Shown: positions 37,345 to 46,803, counted from the stretch's first letter. The stretch is DNA of 64,000 nucleotides from Candidatus Iainarchaeum sp. (GCA_016187745.1 JACPJC010000003.1:56393-120392), one strand, 5' to 3'. A program made the numbers and translations. Notes: generated by a model from the sequence alone, not told the origin.

Positions 37345-37368
37345 ATATGTGAAATATAATTCACATAT
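37345..37368. promoter_or_regulatory. inverted-repeat operator upstream of hemerythrin gene
   Basis: ATATGTGAA-ATATAA-TTCACATAT between the SD and the TATA box. Confidence 0.5.
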
Positions 37369-37522
37369 AATTATTTAAAGCTTGCGTTGTGCGGGCAATT
37401 TCCATGAAAGGGTTGTTTTCCGGCTTTCATATATAATCAAGCCTTTTTTCATATTTTTGAGGTTGCCTGCAGCATGCTTTGATTACATAAAAGAGCTCAT
37501 TAATTAATTTAGCGGAATTGCT

Positions 37523-38494
37523 CTAAGCTTCCTTTTTCATTGCCGCGCGCAATCTGCCCAAAGCCTCTTGATGGGAATTTCCCATGCAGCGCAGGTACAA
37601 ATAGTCCCATCTTTCGTTTGCAGGCAAATTCTTGTAAATCCATTCCCCAACCCTAATCCCTATGTCATCAGACCATTCCGCCTCATACCACAGGCCCTTA
37701 ACTTTTTTTTCAGGCTGTGGCCTCCTGTTAAATTCTTCGGCTGTCGGAGCTCTTACATTGGGGTTTGGCTTGAAAAACCCGTGTTCAAGCGCAAGAACCC
37801 TGTCTGCTGCCTGCGCAAACGGTATATCAATCTTAATTACACCAATTTTCTGAAGAACATGGATGACTTCGTGAAGCGGGGTTGATTTTGAAGCGGGATC
37901 AAAAACCCAGCCTTTCCTGAAATAAGCCTTTCCTGTTTTGTCCTGCATCAGCCCCATGAACATCTCGCCGCCGTCTTTCAAATAGTGGTAAAGCTCCTTT
38001 CCAGACCTGCGCATTTCGTGTATTGAGCCGCCTTTTTCCCTTAATGCAACATTTACAGACAAGATACTCTGCGGGAGCTTTTTCCTTACTTCAATTTCAA
38101 TAGCTTTTTTCTCTGTCGGATTGAAGTGCCTTGCAAACTTATCCATTGCAAACATAATTTGCCTGTTGATCTCTGCAGCGCCTGCCATTGATTGCCTGCT
38201 GCCATAAACTCTCTGCCTCATTGTCGGCAAATATTTTCTTAAATCCTTTTCACTTTTTACATTTGCTCTTGCTTCCTTCTGCCAGACTCCGCTTAGAAAT
38301 CTTGTTCCGATGCGCTTGGCTCCCTTTTTTGATATGCCTTCAGGAACTTCGCCTGTCCTGATGAAATAGGTTTCCGGCGAAACAAACTTTCCCGGCAAGC
38401 CCCTTTTCTTTGCATACCTATAAGCCGGTGGTGAAACCTTTCCCAGAACTTTCAGGGGCATAAAAACTTTCTGTTTTGGTTTCATAGGCAGCAT
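37523..38494 (-). CDS. basic hypothetical protein with HExxH (possible zincin)
   Basis: TPLHEVIHV motif; MLPMKPKQK N-terminus. Confidence 0.6.
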   Translation of the reverse strand: MLPMKPKQKVFMPLKVLGKVSPPAYRYAKKRGLPGKFVSPETYFIRTGEVPEGISKKGAKRIGTRFLSGVWQKEARANVKSEKDLRKYLPTMRQRVYGSRQSMAGAAEINRQIMFAMDKFARHFNPTEKKAIEIEVRKKLPQSILSVNVALREKGGSIHEMRRSGKELYHYLKDGGEMFMGLMQDKTGKAYFRKGWVFDPASKSTPLHEVIHVLQKIGVIKIDIPFAQAADRVLALEHGFFKPNPNVRAPTAEEFNRRPQPEKKVKGLWYEAEWSDDIGIRVGEWIYKNLPANERWDYLYLRCMGNSHQEALGRLRAAMKKEA

Positions 38495-38566
38495 ATGAAT
38501 ATATTCCATAAGGCAGTATTTAAATTCTTACGAAAGGATTTTAAAGAACGGCAAAGTAATATTAAT

Positions 38567-38749
38567 ATGCCAAAAGTAGGAAAAAAACGCGCTTGGTGGA
38601 ATGTAGTGCAAAAATACCACGCAGGTGAGTTGTCATATTCTGCTCTTGTGCGCCTTGGCAAATCTTATTGGGGTCCTAGTTATCGGCCGGCAGTAAAGCG
38701 GCTCACGCAAAGACCACGCAAGCTGCTTATAAGGCGTAATGTAGCATAA
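38567..38749 (+). CDS. small basic protein (MPKVGKKR...)
   Basis: 60 aa; TTTTAAA box about 25 nt upstream. Confidence 0.45.
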   Translation: MPKVGKKRAWWNVVQKYHAGELSYSALVRLGKSYWGPSYRPAVKRLTQRPRKLLIRRNVA

Positions 38750-38754
38750 ACCCT

Positions 38755-38952
38755 TCAGCGCCTTCTTAAGGAAAGAACCTTTTTCAGATTGTAGAAGAAG
38801 CCCTGTTTTCTCTTCTGCGCTTCTGAGAGTTTTTCTTGCATTTCTGCCCTGTGCTCGCTTACAATTGCGGCAAGGGGATCCCACTGATAAGGTTTTTCCA
38901 CACTAACTATCCTGAATTTGCGCTCCCCTAAATGATTTTTCACAGCAGCCAT
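38755..38952 (-). CDS. small hypothetical protein
   Basis: 65-aa ORF filling the gap downstream of ogt. Confidence 0.4.
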   Translation of the reverse strand: MAAVKNHLGERKFRIVSVEKPYQWDPLAAIVSEHRAEMQEKLSEAQKRKQGFFYNLKKVLSLRRR

Positions 38953-38964
38953 TATAATATATAA

Positions 38965-39267
38965 TCAGAAATCGTATAAATATGTTTCTAATTCAGAAAT
39001 TCTCCCCTTTTTGATTTCAATCCCCTCTTTTTTAAGCAGCGCAATTTTCCTTTCTGCGCCCAGTGCGTAATTTCCCACTGCGCCATTGCTTTTCACTACC
39101 CTGTGGCACGGAACTTCAATCAAATGCGGATTTTTATTGAGAGCGTTCCCAACTGCGCGCGCAGCATTAGGCCTGCCCAATGCAACTGCAATTTGCCTGT
39201 ATGTGGAAATTTTCCCTTTCGGGATTCCTGCAGCAAGCCTTAAAACACTTTCCGAGAAACTATCCAT
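38965..39267 (-). CDS. ogt: O6-methylguanine-DNA methyltransferase (single-domain MGMT)
   Basis: IPKGKISTY, AARAVGNAL, VPCHRVV active site. Confidence 0.9.
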   Translation of the reverse strand: MDSFSESVLRLAAGIPKGKISTYRQIAVALGRPNAARAVGNALNKNPHLIEVPCHRVVKSNGAVGNYALGAERKIALLKKEGIEIKKGRISELETYLYDF

Positions 39268-39288
39268 ATCAGTAAATAAGTGGCCAAT

Positions 39289-39432
39289 ATGGATAAAAAA
39301 TTCTATCGCTGCATGGTCTGCAATGACATACATTTCGGGGTGAATGCGCCTGATGTCTGCCCGACGTGCCTGAACAAAAACGCATACATTGAATTCTCCG
39401 CTGAAGAAGCCAAGATGATGATGAAATTATGA
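39289..39432 (+). CDS. rubredoxin-like protein (47 aa)
   Basis: MDKKFYRCMVCNDIHFGVNAPDVCPTC...; missed by the ORF track; ATGA overlap with FTR. Confidence 0.8.
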   Translation: MDKKFYRCMVCNDIHFGVNAPDVCPTCLNKNAYIEFSAEEAKMMMKL

Positions 39433-39704
39433 ATGAATCGGAAATTGAGGGCCTTCGCAAGCTTTTTGAGGTTTTCTGCACAAAGCAGGAGTTCATCCTC
39501 AATCCCGACAGGGCGCATGTGGATTTCCTGCTGAAGGGGCTAATTGAATTCAAAAATACATTGGGGCTGATGTACTGCCCCTGCAGAATCCGCACCGGTA
39601 ATTTTGAAAAAGACCTTGAGCTTGTGTGCCCGTGCAATTTCTTCATTCAGGAAACATGGATAAAGGAAAACAGGTGCTGGTGCGGGCTGTTTGTGAGGAG
39701 ATAA
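39429..39704 (+). CDS. ferredoxin-thioredoxin reductase catalytic subunit
   Basis: LNPD, YCPCR, CPC, CWCGLF. Confidence 0.9.
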   Translation: MNESEIEGLRKLFEVFCTKQEFILNPDRAHVDFLLKGLIEFKNTLGLMYCPCRIRTGNFEKDLELVCPCNFFIQETWIKENRCWCGLFVRR

Positions 39705-39715
39705 AAATCTGTTTG

Positions 39716-41005
39716 CTATTTCTCCCCGAATTTATCCAAAGCTTCCCTTAATTCCCTGTTGTATTTTGCGTAATCCTTGAGCGGGATTCCGTGCATTGTT
39801 GCTTCAACTGCCTGCCGCGCTGCCATTGCGCCATAAAATGTTCCTCTCGGATGCCCATGTATTCCGCCGCCCATTTGAATGATTATAATATGCGGCCCCA
39901 TTGCCTTAACAAGCGCTGGCACTTTCCCCGGGTGCAGGCCTCCGGAGCAGACAGCAAACATCGGCTTTATGTGCAGCCAGTTTTCCGCGAGAATGTGGTG
40001 CTTCTTGTCAGGCCGGATTATTCTTTCCTCAATCTCCTCCCCGATTTCCTGCACTTCCCTTTTTGCGCCCTCCATCTTGCCCACAACTGCGCCTACGTGC
40101 AGCTGGTCAATGCCAATGAGCCTGCACAATTTTGCAATAACAAGCATTGAAATCCCGTGTTTAGGGTTGCGCGTAATTGCAGCATGGCCTGCGCGATGCC
40201 CGTGCAGCACTAACTTAAGGCCCTCATTTGCATTGCGAAGTTTCTGCAAAGCGCTCCAGCCTACTGTCAGAACATCAACCATAGCATATTCGCATCCTAC
40301 TTTTTTTGCAAATTCCGCGCGCCTTAGCATCTCATCGCATTCCGCGGTAATGTTCGGCATGTAAATTTTCTTTTCTCCGGTTTCCTTCTCACACCTGTCG
40401 CGCAGATTAATTGTTTTTGCAATGCGCGAATAGAACTTGTTGAATTTCATGCTGGAGAGGTTCTCATCGTCCTTAACGATGTCACATCCTCCCAACCACG
40501 CCTGATAGGCAACCTGCGCGTGCTCCTTCTCATCCAGCCCAAGCTTCGGCTTTATTATCGTGCCGAGCAAAGGGCGCTTGTAAACGCGAAGCATTTTCCT
40601 TATTCCAGGAATTCCGTATTTCGGGCCCCTGAATGCGCGGATGTATGAATTTGGGAGATTAATGTCCTCAAGGCGCAGATTGTTCAGAAGGCTCATGCCG
40701 AATACATTCCCTGCGACGCTGCTCATCAACTGGGGAACGTTCCCAAGCTCAAACAATTCAGACGGATAGGCGATTTTTATTATGCCCGATTTCTCATTAA
40801 TGGAAAATACCTCTGCAGCAATCTGCTTTAGCCTCTTGTCAGTAATTGTTGTGAGCTGTGTCCAGGTTCCGACGCTGCTTTCAGCCGCAACAGCGCCTGC
40901 CGCTTCCTTGAATGAAACGCCCCTTGCGGGCTCAAGCCGGAATTCCGCAATCAAATCATTTGCATCAGGCCTGTAGCGCAGATTGATGTAATCAGTGTAG
41001 TCCAT
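39716..41005 (-). CDS. rbcL: RuBisCO large subunit, form III
   Basis: AAESSVGTWT, GNVFGM, GTIIKPKLGL, GGCDIVKDDE, HRAGH, GKMEG, SGGLHPG, GGGIHGHP. Confidence 0.95.
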   Translation of the reverse strand: MDYTDYINLRYRPDANDLIAEFRLEPARGVSFKEAAGAVAAESSVGTWTQLTTITDKRLKQIAAEVFSINEKSGIIKIAYPSELFELGNVPQLMSSVAGNVFGMSLLNNLRLEDINLPNSYIRAFRGPKYGIPGIRKMLRVYKRPLLGTIIKPKLGLDEKEHAQVAYQAWLGGCDIVKDDENLSSMKFNKFYSRIAKTINLRDRCEKETGEKKIYMPNITAECDEMLRRAEFAKKVGCEYAMVDVLTVGWSALQKLRNANEGLKLVLHGHRAGHAAITRNPKHGISMLVIAKLCRLIGIDQLHVGAVVGKMEGAKREVQEIGEEIEERIIRPDKKHHILAENWLHIKPMFAVCSGGLHPGKVPALVKAMGPHIIIIQMGGGIHGHPRGTFYGAMAARQAVEATMHGIPLKDYAKYNRELREALDKFGEK

Positions 41006-41084
41006 TTAATCCCCAGCAAAAATAGATAATAAGAACTTATATAAAATACTTTATACATACTTGTTTGTCGCTTGGGATTCAAAA

Positions 41085-41651
41085 ATGCGCAAGATACTTA
41101 AATTCCTGCTGGCCTCTGATGCGCTTTCCATATTCGCGGGCAATCTGCTTATCCCAATTTATGCGCTTTTTGTGCAGAATATCAGGGGAAGCGTAATAGA
41201 TATTGGAATTGCGTGGAGCATTGCCATTTTTGTTTTTGCAACTCTGCAGTATCCTTTTGGCATTTTAGCAGATAAATATTCCAAAAAGAATTTCCTTCTC
41301 GTCGCCTATTTCGGGAATGGGCTTGCCTTCCTTTCCCTTCTGCTCATAACAAGCGTCTGGCAGCTCTTTGCGCTGGAATTCCTGATTGGGATTTTTAACG
41401 CTGCAGGCACTCCTGCATTTGACGGCCTTTACAGCAGGGCGCTTGAGCGGGGAAAGGAAGCAAGGCAGTGGGGCATATGGGAAATGGCAACAAGCTATGC
41501 CGCGGGATTTGCGGGGCTATTGAGCGCCGCAATAATTTATTTTTTCTCATTTGCATACCTTTTTTTGCTCATGGCCATGTTTTCTTTCCTTGCGGGAATC
41601 GTTGCATGGAAATTTGTGAATGAGAGGGAACTTGAAAGGATTGGGGGATGA
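41085..41651 (+). CDS. half-size (6-TM) MFS transporter
   Basis: GILADKYSKK motif A; about 188 aa. Confidence 0.75.
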   Translation: MRKILKFLLASDALSIFAGNLLIPIYALFVQNIRGSVIDIGIAWSIAIFVFATLQYPFGILADKYSKKNFLLVAYFGNGLAFLSLLLITSVWQLFALEFLIGIFNAAGTPAFDGLYSRALERGKEARQWGIWEMATSYAAGFAGLLSAAIIYFFSFAYLFLLMAMFSFLAGIVAWKFVNERELERIGG

Positions 41652-41655
41652 GAGG

Positions 41656-42204
41656 ATGATAATTACAATTACGGGGAAGCCGGGAAGCGGCAAGAGCACA
41701 ATTGCGAAAATGCTCGCAAAGCATTACGGATTAAAGCACTATTCCGGCGGGGGCATACAGAGGGAAATTGCAAAAAAGAAAGGGCTCAGCCTTCTGGAGC
41801 TTGCCCTTATTGAGGAGAAGGACAGCAGCCTTGATGCATGGGTTGACAAAAGAGTAGAGGAGTTGGGAAAGAAGGAGGATGATTTTGCAATAGACTCAAG
41901 GCTTGCGTTCCATTTCATCCCAAACTCAATAAAAATTTTCCTTGATGTTTCTTTGGATGAGAGCGCAAGGCGCATATTCGGGAGCTACAGGCCGGATGAG
42001 AGGGAGAATGCAACGCTTGCAAAGACAAAAGAAAACATAAAGCGCAGGATGCGCTCTGAGGAAATGCGCTTCAGGAAATATTACGGATTGGATGTGATGG
42101 ACAGGGAGAACTATGATGTTGTTGTGAATACAACGAAATTGGGCATAAGGGAAGTTTTTGATGCGGTAAGGAAAGAAATTGATAAAAAGCTGGGGCGCGA
42201 GTGA
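41656..42204 (+). CDS. cmk: cytidylate kinase (archaeal type)
   Basis: MIITITGKPGSGKST, DSRL, RFRKYYG. Confidence 0.9.
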   Translation: MIITITGKPGSGKSTIAKMLAKHYGLKHYSGGGIQREIAKKKGLSLLELALIEEKDSSLDAWVDKRVEELGKKEDDFAIDSRLAFHFIPNSIKIFLDVSLDESARRIFGSYRPDERENATLAKTKENIKRRMRSEEMRFRKYYGLDVMDRENYDVVVNTTKLGIREVFDAVRKEIDKKLGRE

Positions 42205-42205
42205 A

Positions 42206-42688
42206 ATGCCAAAAGAACGAGTAAATTGGGGGGCATACACGCCGCTGAAAGCCAGATTGCGCAGGGAGGAAATTGCCTTGCTTAAAAATGCCAAATTATC
42301 AAAGGAAGCCCGCGAAATGCAGGCAGAAGATATGGTTATGGGTGAATTAAACATCAGGCTGAAAAAATGGACACGCGGGGAGGCGACAGAGCAGCAAGAA
42401 ACCCATAAAGAGTTAAGGATTCTTGTAAGCAGAATGAAGCGCGAGAGGCTTCAGGGCGGAATTCCAAAATCGGAGACAATTATCAAATATGCTGGCGCAT
42501 TTAAAAAGGCGATTGCAAATGACAGGCATATTATTGAAATAATTCAGGGATTGAAACATGAGAAGAGCCTGCTTGCTGAATGGGAAGCTTCAAAGCTTAG
42601 GAAGCAGTATATGAGGGATATTGAAAATCTCAGGGATGAGCTTGGGAAGGTTGAGAAGGATATTAGAAGGAGGCAGGATAGAAAATAA
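42206..42688 (+). CDS. hypothetical coiled-coil protein (MPKER...)
   Basis: 160-aa charged helical ORF coupled to cmk. Confidence 0.55.
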   Translation: MPKERVNWGAYTPLKARLRREEIALLKNAKLSKEAREMQAEDMVMGELNIRLKKWTRGEATEQQETHKELRILVSRMKRERLQGGIPKSETIIKYAGAFKKAIANDRHIIEIIQGLKHEKSLLAEWEASKLRKQYMRDIENLRDELGKVEKDIRRRQDRK

Positions 42689-42694
42689 AAAAAT

Positions 42695-42904
42695 TCACTG
42701 CTTTGTTGCGAGTTTTATGTCCTCTGCGGTAATCGTCTTGCGGTTCGCGTGCTTTGAGAAAACTGCGGCCTGCTGCGCTATCTTCATCCCGTGCTCTTCA
42801 AGAACTTCGCACAGCGCCTCTGCCGCATCTTCCGAAACGCGCCCCGCGCCGCTTTTCCTTATCAGGCGGTCAACAGCAGCCAAAGGCAGAATCTTGTCAG
42901 TCAT
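42695..42904 (-). CDS. archaeal histone
   Basis: [22 protein letters not shown]...[15 protein letters not shown]. Confidence 0.95.
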   Translation of the reverse strand: MTDKILPLAAVDRLIRKSGAGRVSEDAAEALCEVLEEHGMKIAQQAAVFSKHANRKTITAEDIKLATKQ

Positions 42905-43060
42905 TCAAAAATCACCCTTTATAGTAGCACTTTGGGCAAATTAAAATAAAAGATTATCGTTTTGGGCGTTTTCAAGGCTTAATTGCGCTTTTTATATAGT
43001 ATCGGCAATCGTCTTAAAAAACATAATATTTTATATAACCTTTGCATCAAATAATGCATT

Positions 43061-43555
43061 ATGGCAAAGGCGGTTTTCTATATCAAGGATAAAGTGCAGG
43101 AAGTTGGCTACAGGGCATTTGCAATGGAGCGCCTGCTTGAAACAAACCTCAAGGGCGGAGCTGTAAATACAGAGGAAGGAAACCTTAAAGTCCTTCTTGA
43201 TGGCGGGGAGCAGGATATAGTCGCTTTTGTGGAAAGGCTCAAAAGGGAGAAGCCTGGGCTTGCGGAAAATCCTGTTCTTGTCGGCCCCATATTTGATGAA
43301 GGCCTGCAAATCCCTGATGAGATAAGGGTTGCGCACTCATTGGAAATGAATCAATTTGGGAAGGCAATTGTTTATCTTGACAGAATTGACAAGAAGCTGG
43401 ATAATGGCTTTAACAGCTTGGGGGATAAGCTTGGTGGAATTGACAAAAAGCTTGACAAGGGATTTGAATCCTTAGGAAACAAAATTGACAATTTGGGAAA
43501 CAGGCTTGAGCCTTTGCTGAAGGAAATCCTGCATGCGCTTAAGGCAAGGGCATAA
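43061..43555 (+). CDS. acylphosphatase-like domain + repetitive coiled coil (paralog of 9257..9862)
   Basis: KVQEVGYR..AVN..G.L.V; two IDKKLDxGF repeats. Confidence 0.7.
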   Translation: MAKAVFYIKDKVQEVGYRAFAMERLLETNLKGGAVNTEEGNLKVLLDGGEQDIVAFVERLKREKPGLAENPVLVGPIFDEGLQIPDEIRVAHSLEMNQFGKAIVYLDRIDKKLDNGFNSLGDKLGGIDKKLDKGFESLGNKIDNLGNRLEPLLKEILHALKARA

Positions 43556-43614
43556 TTTCAGCGGCGGAATGCCCCCAAAAGGCTTTTAAAAGACCTTTTC
43601 TGCAATATTGGATT

Positions 43615-45246
43615 ATGCAGGAATTTTTTGCGCACCCGCTCATAAAGCCCGGAACAATTGAATTGCGCGCATACCAGAAGAGCATTGCTGAAAGCGTATT
43701 GCGCGGGGGAAACACCCTTGTTGTAATGCCAACCGCTTTGGGGAAAACAGTGATTGCGGCAATTGTTGCCGCAAATGTGCTTGCCGGAAACAAAAATGCA
43801 AAAGTGCTTTTTTTGGCGCCCACAAAGCCGCTTGCGATGCAGCACCAGAAGAGCTTCCAGCGCATAATGAATATCCCCGGGAACCAGATAACGCTTCTTA
43901 CCGGCGCGGTAAGCAGGAAAAAGCGCTGGGACGTTTGGGACAATGCATGCATAATTGCTGCCACGCCCCAAACAATACAGAATGACATTGAGAATGAGAG
44001 AATTGATTTGAAGGATGTTGCATTGCTTGTTGTTGATGAGGCGCATCGCTGCGTGAAGGATTATTCCTATGTTGCTGTTGCGCTCGCATATAAAAAACAG
44101 GCCGGAAGGCCCCTTATACTTGCGCTTACCGCCTCCCCGGGAAGCGAAAAGGAAAAGATTGCTGAGGTCTGCAGGCATTTGGGAATTGGAAACATTGAAT
44201 TGCGCACAAGCGAGAGCGATGATGTTGCGCAATATATGCATGAAATAGAAACAAACTGGATAATGGTTGAGCTTCCGGAAGAATTCATTGAAATAAGGGA
44301 TTTGCTGGAAGAATTCATGCTTGAGCAGCTTGAATTTTTCAAAAAAATCGGGATGGTGAGGAAGGGCGCAACCTCAAAAATCAGCAGGAAGCTCCTGATA
44401 ATGCTGCAGGCGAGGATTTCAATGCAGCTGAAAAAGCCGAGGAAAAATCCCATTTATTTCCAGGCAGCGAGCAAGATTGCCGCTCTGTTGAAAATAAGCC
44501 ATGCGAACACACTGCTTGAAACGCAGGGGATTTCTGCGCTGCAGGATTACTGGAACAGGATGCTTGGGAAAGCCCAGGATGCTGATGCGCCTAAGGCGCT
44601 CAAGTATGCGCTGGGCCATCATGCGATTCAGGAGGCGATTGAAAAAACGCAAAAGCTGATTGCGCAGGGAAAGGAGCATCCGAAATTGCAGAGGCTTTCT
44701 GAACTTCTGCAAAAGCACTTCCAGCAAAAACCAGATGCAAAGGCAATTGTTTTCAACCATTACCGCGATTCTGTGAAAAATGTTGTGGAATATCTGCAGA
44801 AATTCCCTGAAATAAAACCGCTTAGGTTTGTGGGACAGGCCACAAAGGGGGAAAAGGACAAAGGGATGAGCCAGGAGGAGCAGGCTGAGGCATTGGAAGC
44901 TTTCAAGGAAGGGAAATACAATACAATTGTAGCATCATCTGTTGCTGAAGAAGGTTTAGACCTCCCAAGCGTTGATTTGGTGATTTTTTACGAGCCCGTT
45001 CCCTCTGAAATACGGAGCATCCAGCGCAGGGGCAGGACTGGCAGATTTGCGGAGGGGAATGTGCACATTCTTCTGGCGCGCAATACGCAGGATGAGGCCT
45101 ATCACTGGAGCGCATTGAACAAGGAAAAGAAAATGCACAGGAGAATAAGGCAGTTGAGCGAGGACATGCAGGACAGGGTGAAAAATAAAAAGAGTGCGAG
45201 GAGAAGAAAATGGCAGAGCAAGCAGATGACACTAAAAGAATTCTGA
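43615..45246 (+). CDS. hef: Hef/FANCM-like DEAH helicase (helicase half)
   Basis: ELRAYQ, PTALGKT, DEAH, TASPG, HPK, EEGLD, QRRGRTGR; C-terminal PIP box QMTLKEF. Confidence 0.9.
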   Translation: MQEFFAHPLIKPGTIELRAYQKSIAESVLRGGNTLVVMPTALGKTVIAAIVAANVLAGNKNAKVLFLAPTKPLAMQHQKSFQRIMNIPGNQITLLTGAVSRKKRWDVWDNACIIAATPQTIQNDIENERIDLKDVALLVVDEAHRCVKDYSYVAVALAYKKQAGRPLILALTASPGSEKEKIAEVCRHLGIGNIELRTSESDDVAQYMHEIETNWIMVELPEEFIEIRDLLEEFMLEQLEFFKKIGMVRKGATSKISRKLLIMLQARISMQLKKPRKNPIYFQAASKIAALLKISHANTLLETQGISALQDYWNRMLGKAQDADAPKALKYALGHHAIQEAIEKTQKLIAQGKEHPKLQRLSELLQKHFQQKPDAKAIVFNHYRDSVKNVVEYLQKFPEIKPLRFVGQATKGEKDKGMSQEEQAEALEAFKEGKYNTIVASSVAEEGLDLPSVDLVIFYEPVPSEIRSIQRRGRTGRFAEGNVHILLARNTQDEAYHWSALNKEKKMHRRIRQLSEDMQDRVKNKKSARRRKWQSKQMTLKEF

Positions 45247-45902
45247 TTTACGCGGACCACAGGGAGGAGAACTCCGGCATAATTGCGGAGCTGCGCAGAA
45301 AAGAGGGCCTTGATGTCCAGGCAAAGCAACTGGACATGGGGGATTTCCTGCTAAGCGATGATGTTGTTGTTGAGCGCAAAACAATAAAGGATTTCCTGCA
45401 GAGCCTGGTTGATGGGAGACTGTTTGCGCAATTGCATGCGCTTGCGAACTCGGATTATGAGAAGCCATTGATGATTATTGAGGGATTTGATGAGGAATTA
45501 TACTCCCTGCGCAATATCCATGAGAATGCGATTAAGGGCGCAATATGCAGCATTGCGCTTGATTACAGGATACCGATAATTTTTACGCGCTCTTCTGCGG
45601 AAACTGCGCACTATCTGCAGATAATTGCAAAGCGCGAGCAGTTTCCGAATTCAAGGGAAATCGGAATAAGGAAGGGGCGGAAGGGCTATTCAACGCGCGA
45701 ATTGCAGCAGCTGATTATTGAATGTTTGCCCAGCATCGGACCTACTCTTGCAAAAAAGCTCCTGAAGCAGTTCGGGAGCGTGAAAAAGGTAATGGGCGCA
45801 AGCGAAAAGCGCCTGCAGAAAATTGACAATATCGGCGCAATAAAAGCGAAGCGAATTAGGGAAGTTATTGATGCGGAATATTCTGAAAATCAGGAAAAAT
45901 GA
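45210..45902 (+). CDS. ERCC4/XPF nuclease with HhH motifs (Hef nuclease half)
   Basis: ADHRE, GDF, VERKT, DGRLF, LPSIGPTLAK. Confidence 0.9.
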   Translation: MAEQADDTKRILIYADHREENSGIIAELRRKEGLDVQAKQLDMGDFLLSDDVVVERKTIKDFLQSLVDGRLFAQLHALANSDYEKPLMIIEGFDEELYSLRNIHENAIKGAICSIALDYRIPIIFTRSSAETAHYLQIIAKREQFPNSREIGIRKGRKGYSTRELQQLIIECLPSIGPTLAKKLLKQFGSVKKVMGASEKRLQKIDNIGAIKAKRIREVIDAEYSENQEK

Positions 45903-46133
45903 CTATTTCTTCTTTCCACGGTAGGAAACATACCACAATCCAAGGACAATCAGCAGGACAAGCACTGCAATGTCCCTTGAGTAGAAGTTCCAGCTGAAGA
46001 AGAAATCAAGGCTGTGCAATATATAATCCATAACGCCAATTACCGCAAGGCCATAAAGGACTGCGCCCGCAAGCATGATGTAAGTGAAGCTGAGCAGCAT
46101 GTCGCCCTTTTTGCCTTTTCCCTCATCTCCCAT
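45903..46133 (-). CDS. small 2-TM membrane protein
   Basis: Two hydrophobic helices; TATA box upstream. Confidence 0.55.
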   Translation of the reverse strand: MGDEGKGKKGDMLLSFTYIMLAGAVLYGLAVIGVMDYILHSLDFFFSWNFYSRDIAVLVLLIVLGLWYVSYRGKKK

Positions 46134-46188
46134 AATTAATATATTGCGCTGAAATAGTATATAAATTTAACTATTATTAGTGAAAAGG

Positions 46189-46749
46189 TTAATCCTCAAG
46201 CGCAACCAGCGCAATCCTCTCAATTGCCGCGCCCTCTAGCGCCTTTTCCTTTCCCAAATCGGAAAGCGCTTCCAGCTCCGAATCGCCTATTCCATAAATT
46301 TTTTTTATTTCTTTGGAATTGCGCCCGGGGTTTGTTTTGAGCAATGCCTCATTTTCCCCGAATTTTATTGCCTTTTTGATTTCTTTTTCAGTTTCTTTCA
46401 ATGCTTTTTCATTTTCCGCGGAAACAATAAGAAGAACTTCCTGCTTTCCCTTGCGCAATCCCAGAATCTTAAGCGCATTGTCAATCTTCTTTGTTCCTGC
46501 AAGGCGCAATAGGAATTCAATTTCAATGGTTTTTGCGAATGCTGTTTTGCTTGCAATTGCGGAGCGCGCGTGCTCAAATGCAGTCAATGCCTGTTCTTTG
46601 CTGCAAATTGGCTTCAGGGAGCACAGCTGCGCGAATGCGTTCCTTTCCGAAGCAATCAACGTAATGGTTTTTATAGTTTTGTTTATATCTTCAATATATA
46701 CAATGCCTGATTTTATTGAAATAAAATCTGAATTAGGAAGCGAAGGCAT
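46189..46749 (-). CDS. cgi121: KEOPS complex subunit Cgi121
   Basis: IEFLLRLAGTKKIDNALKILG, ERIAL C-terminus; start uncertain. Confidence 0.8.
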   Translation of the reverse strand: MPSLPNSDFISIKSGIVYIEDINKTIKTITLIASERNAFAQLCSLKPICSKEQALTAFEHARSAIASKTAFAKTIEIEFLLRLAGTKKIDNALKILGLRKGKQEVLLIVSAENEKALKETEKEIKKAIKFGENEALLKTNPGRNSKEIKKIYGIGDSELEALSDLGKEKALEGAAIERIALVALED

Positions 46750-46803
46750 ATAATAACTGTTTTGCATTGATTTTATTAAAATAAGCTGAAAAGTAGTGAA
46801 AAA

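Noticed and set aside
43558-44241. 227-aa minus-strand ORF and similar long antisense ORFs (e.g. 9376..9963, 34727..35209, 53693..54223)
   Set aside because: They fully overlap well-supported genes on the opposite strand and have no motifs
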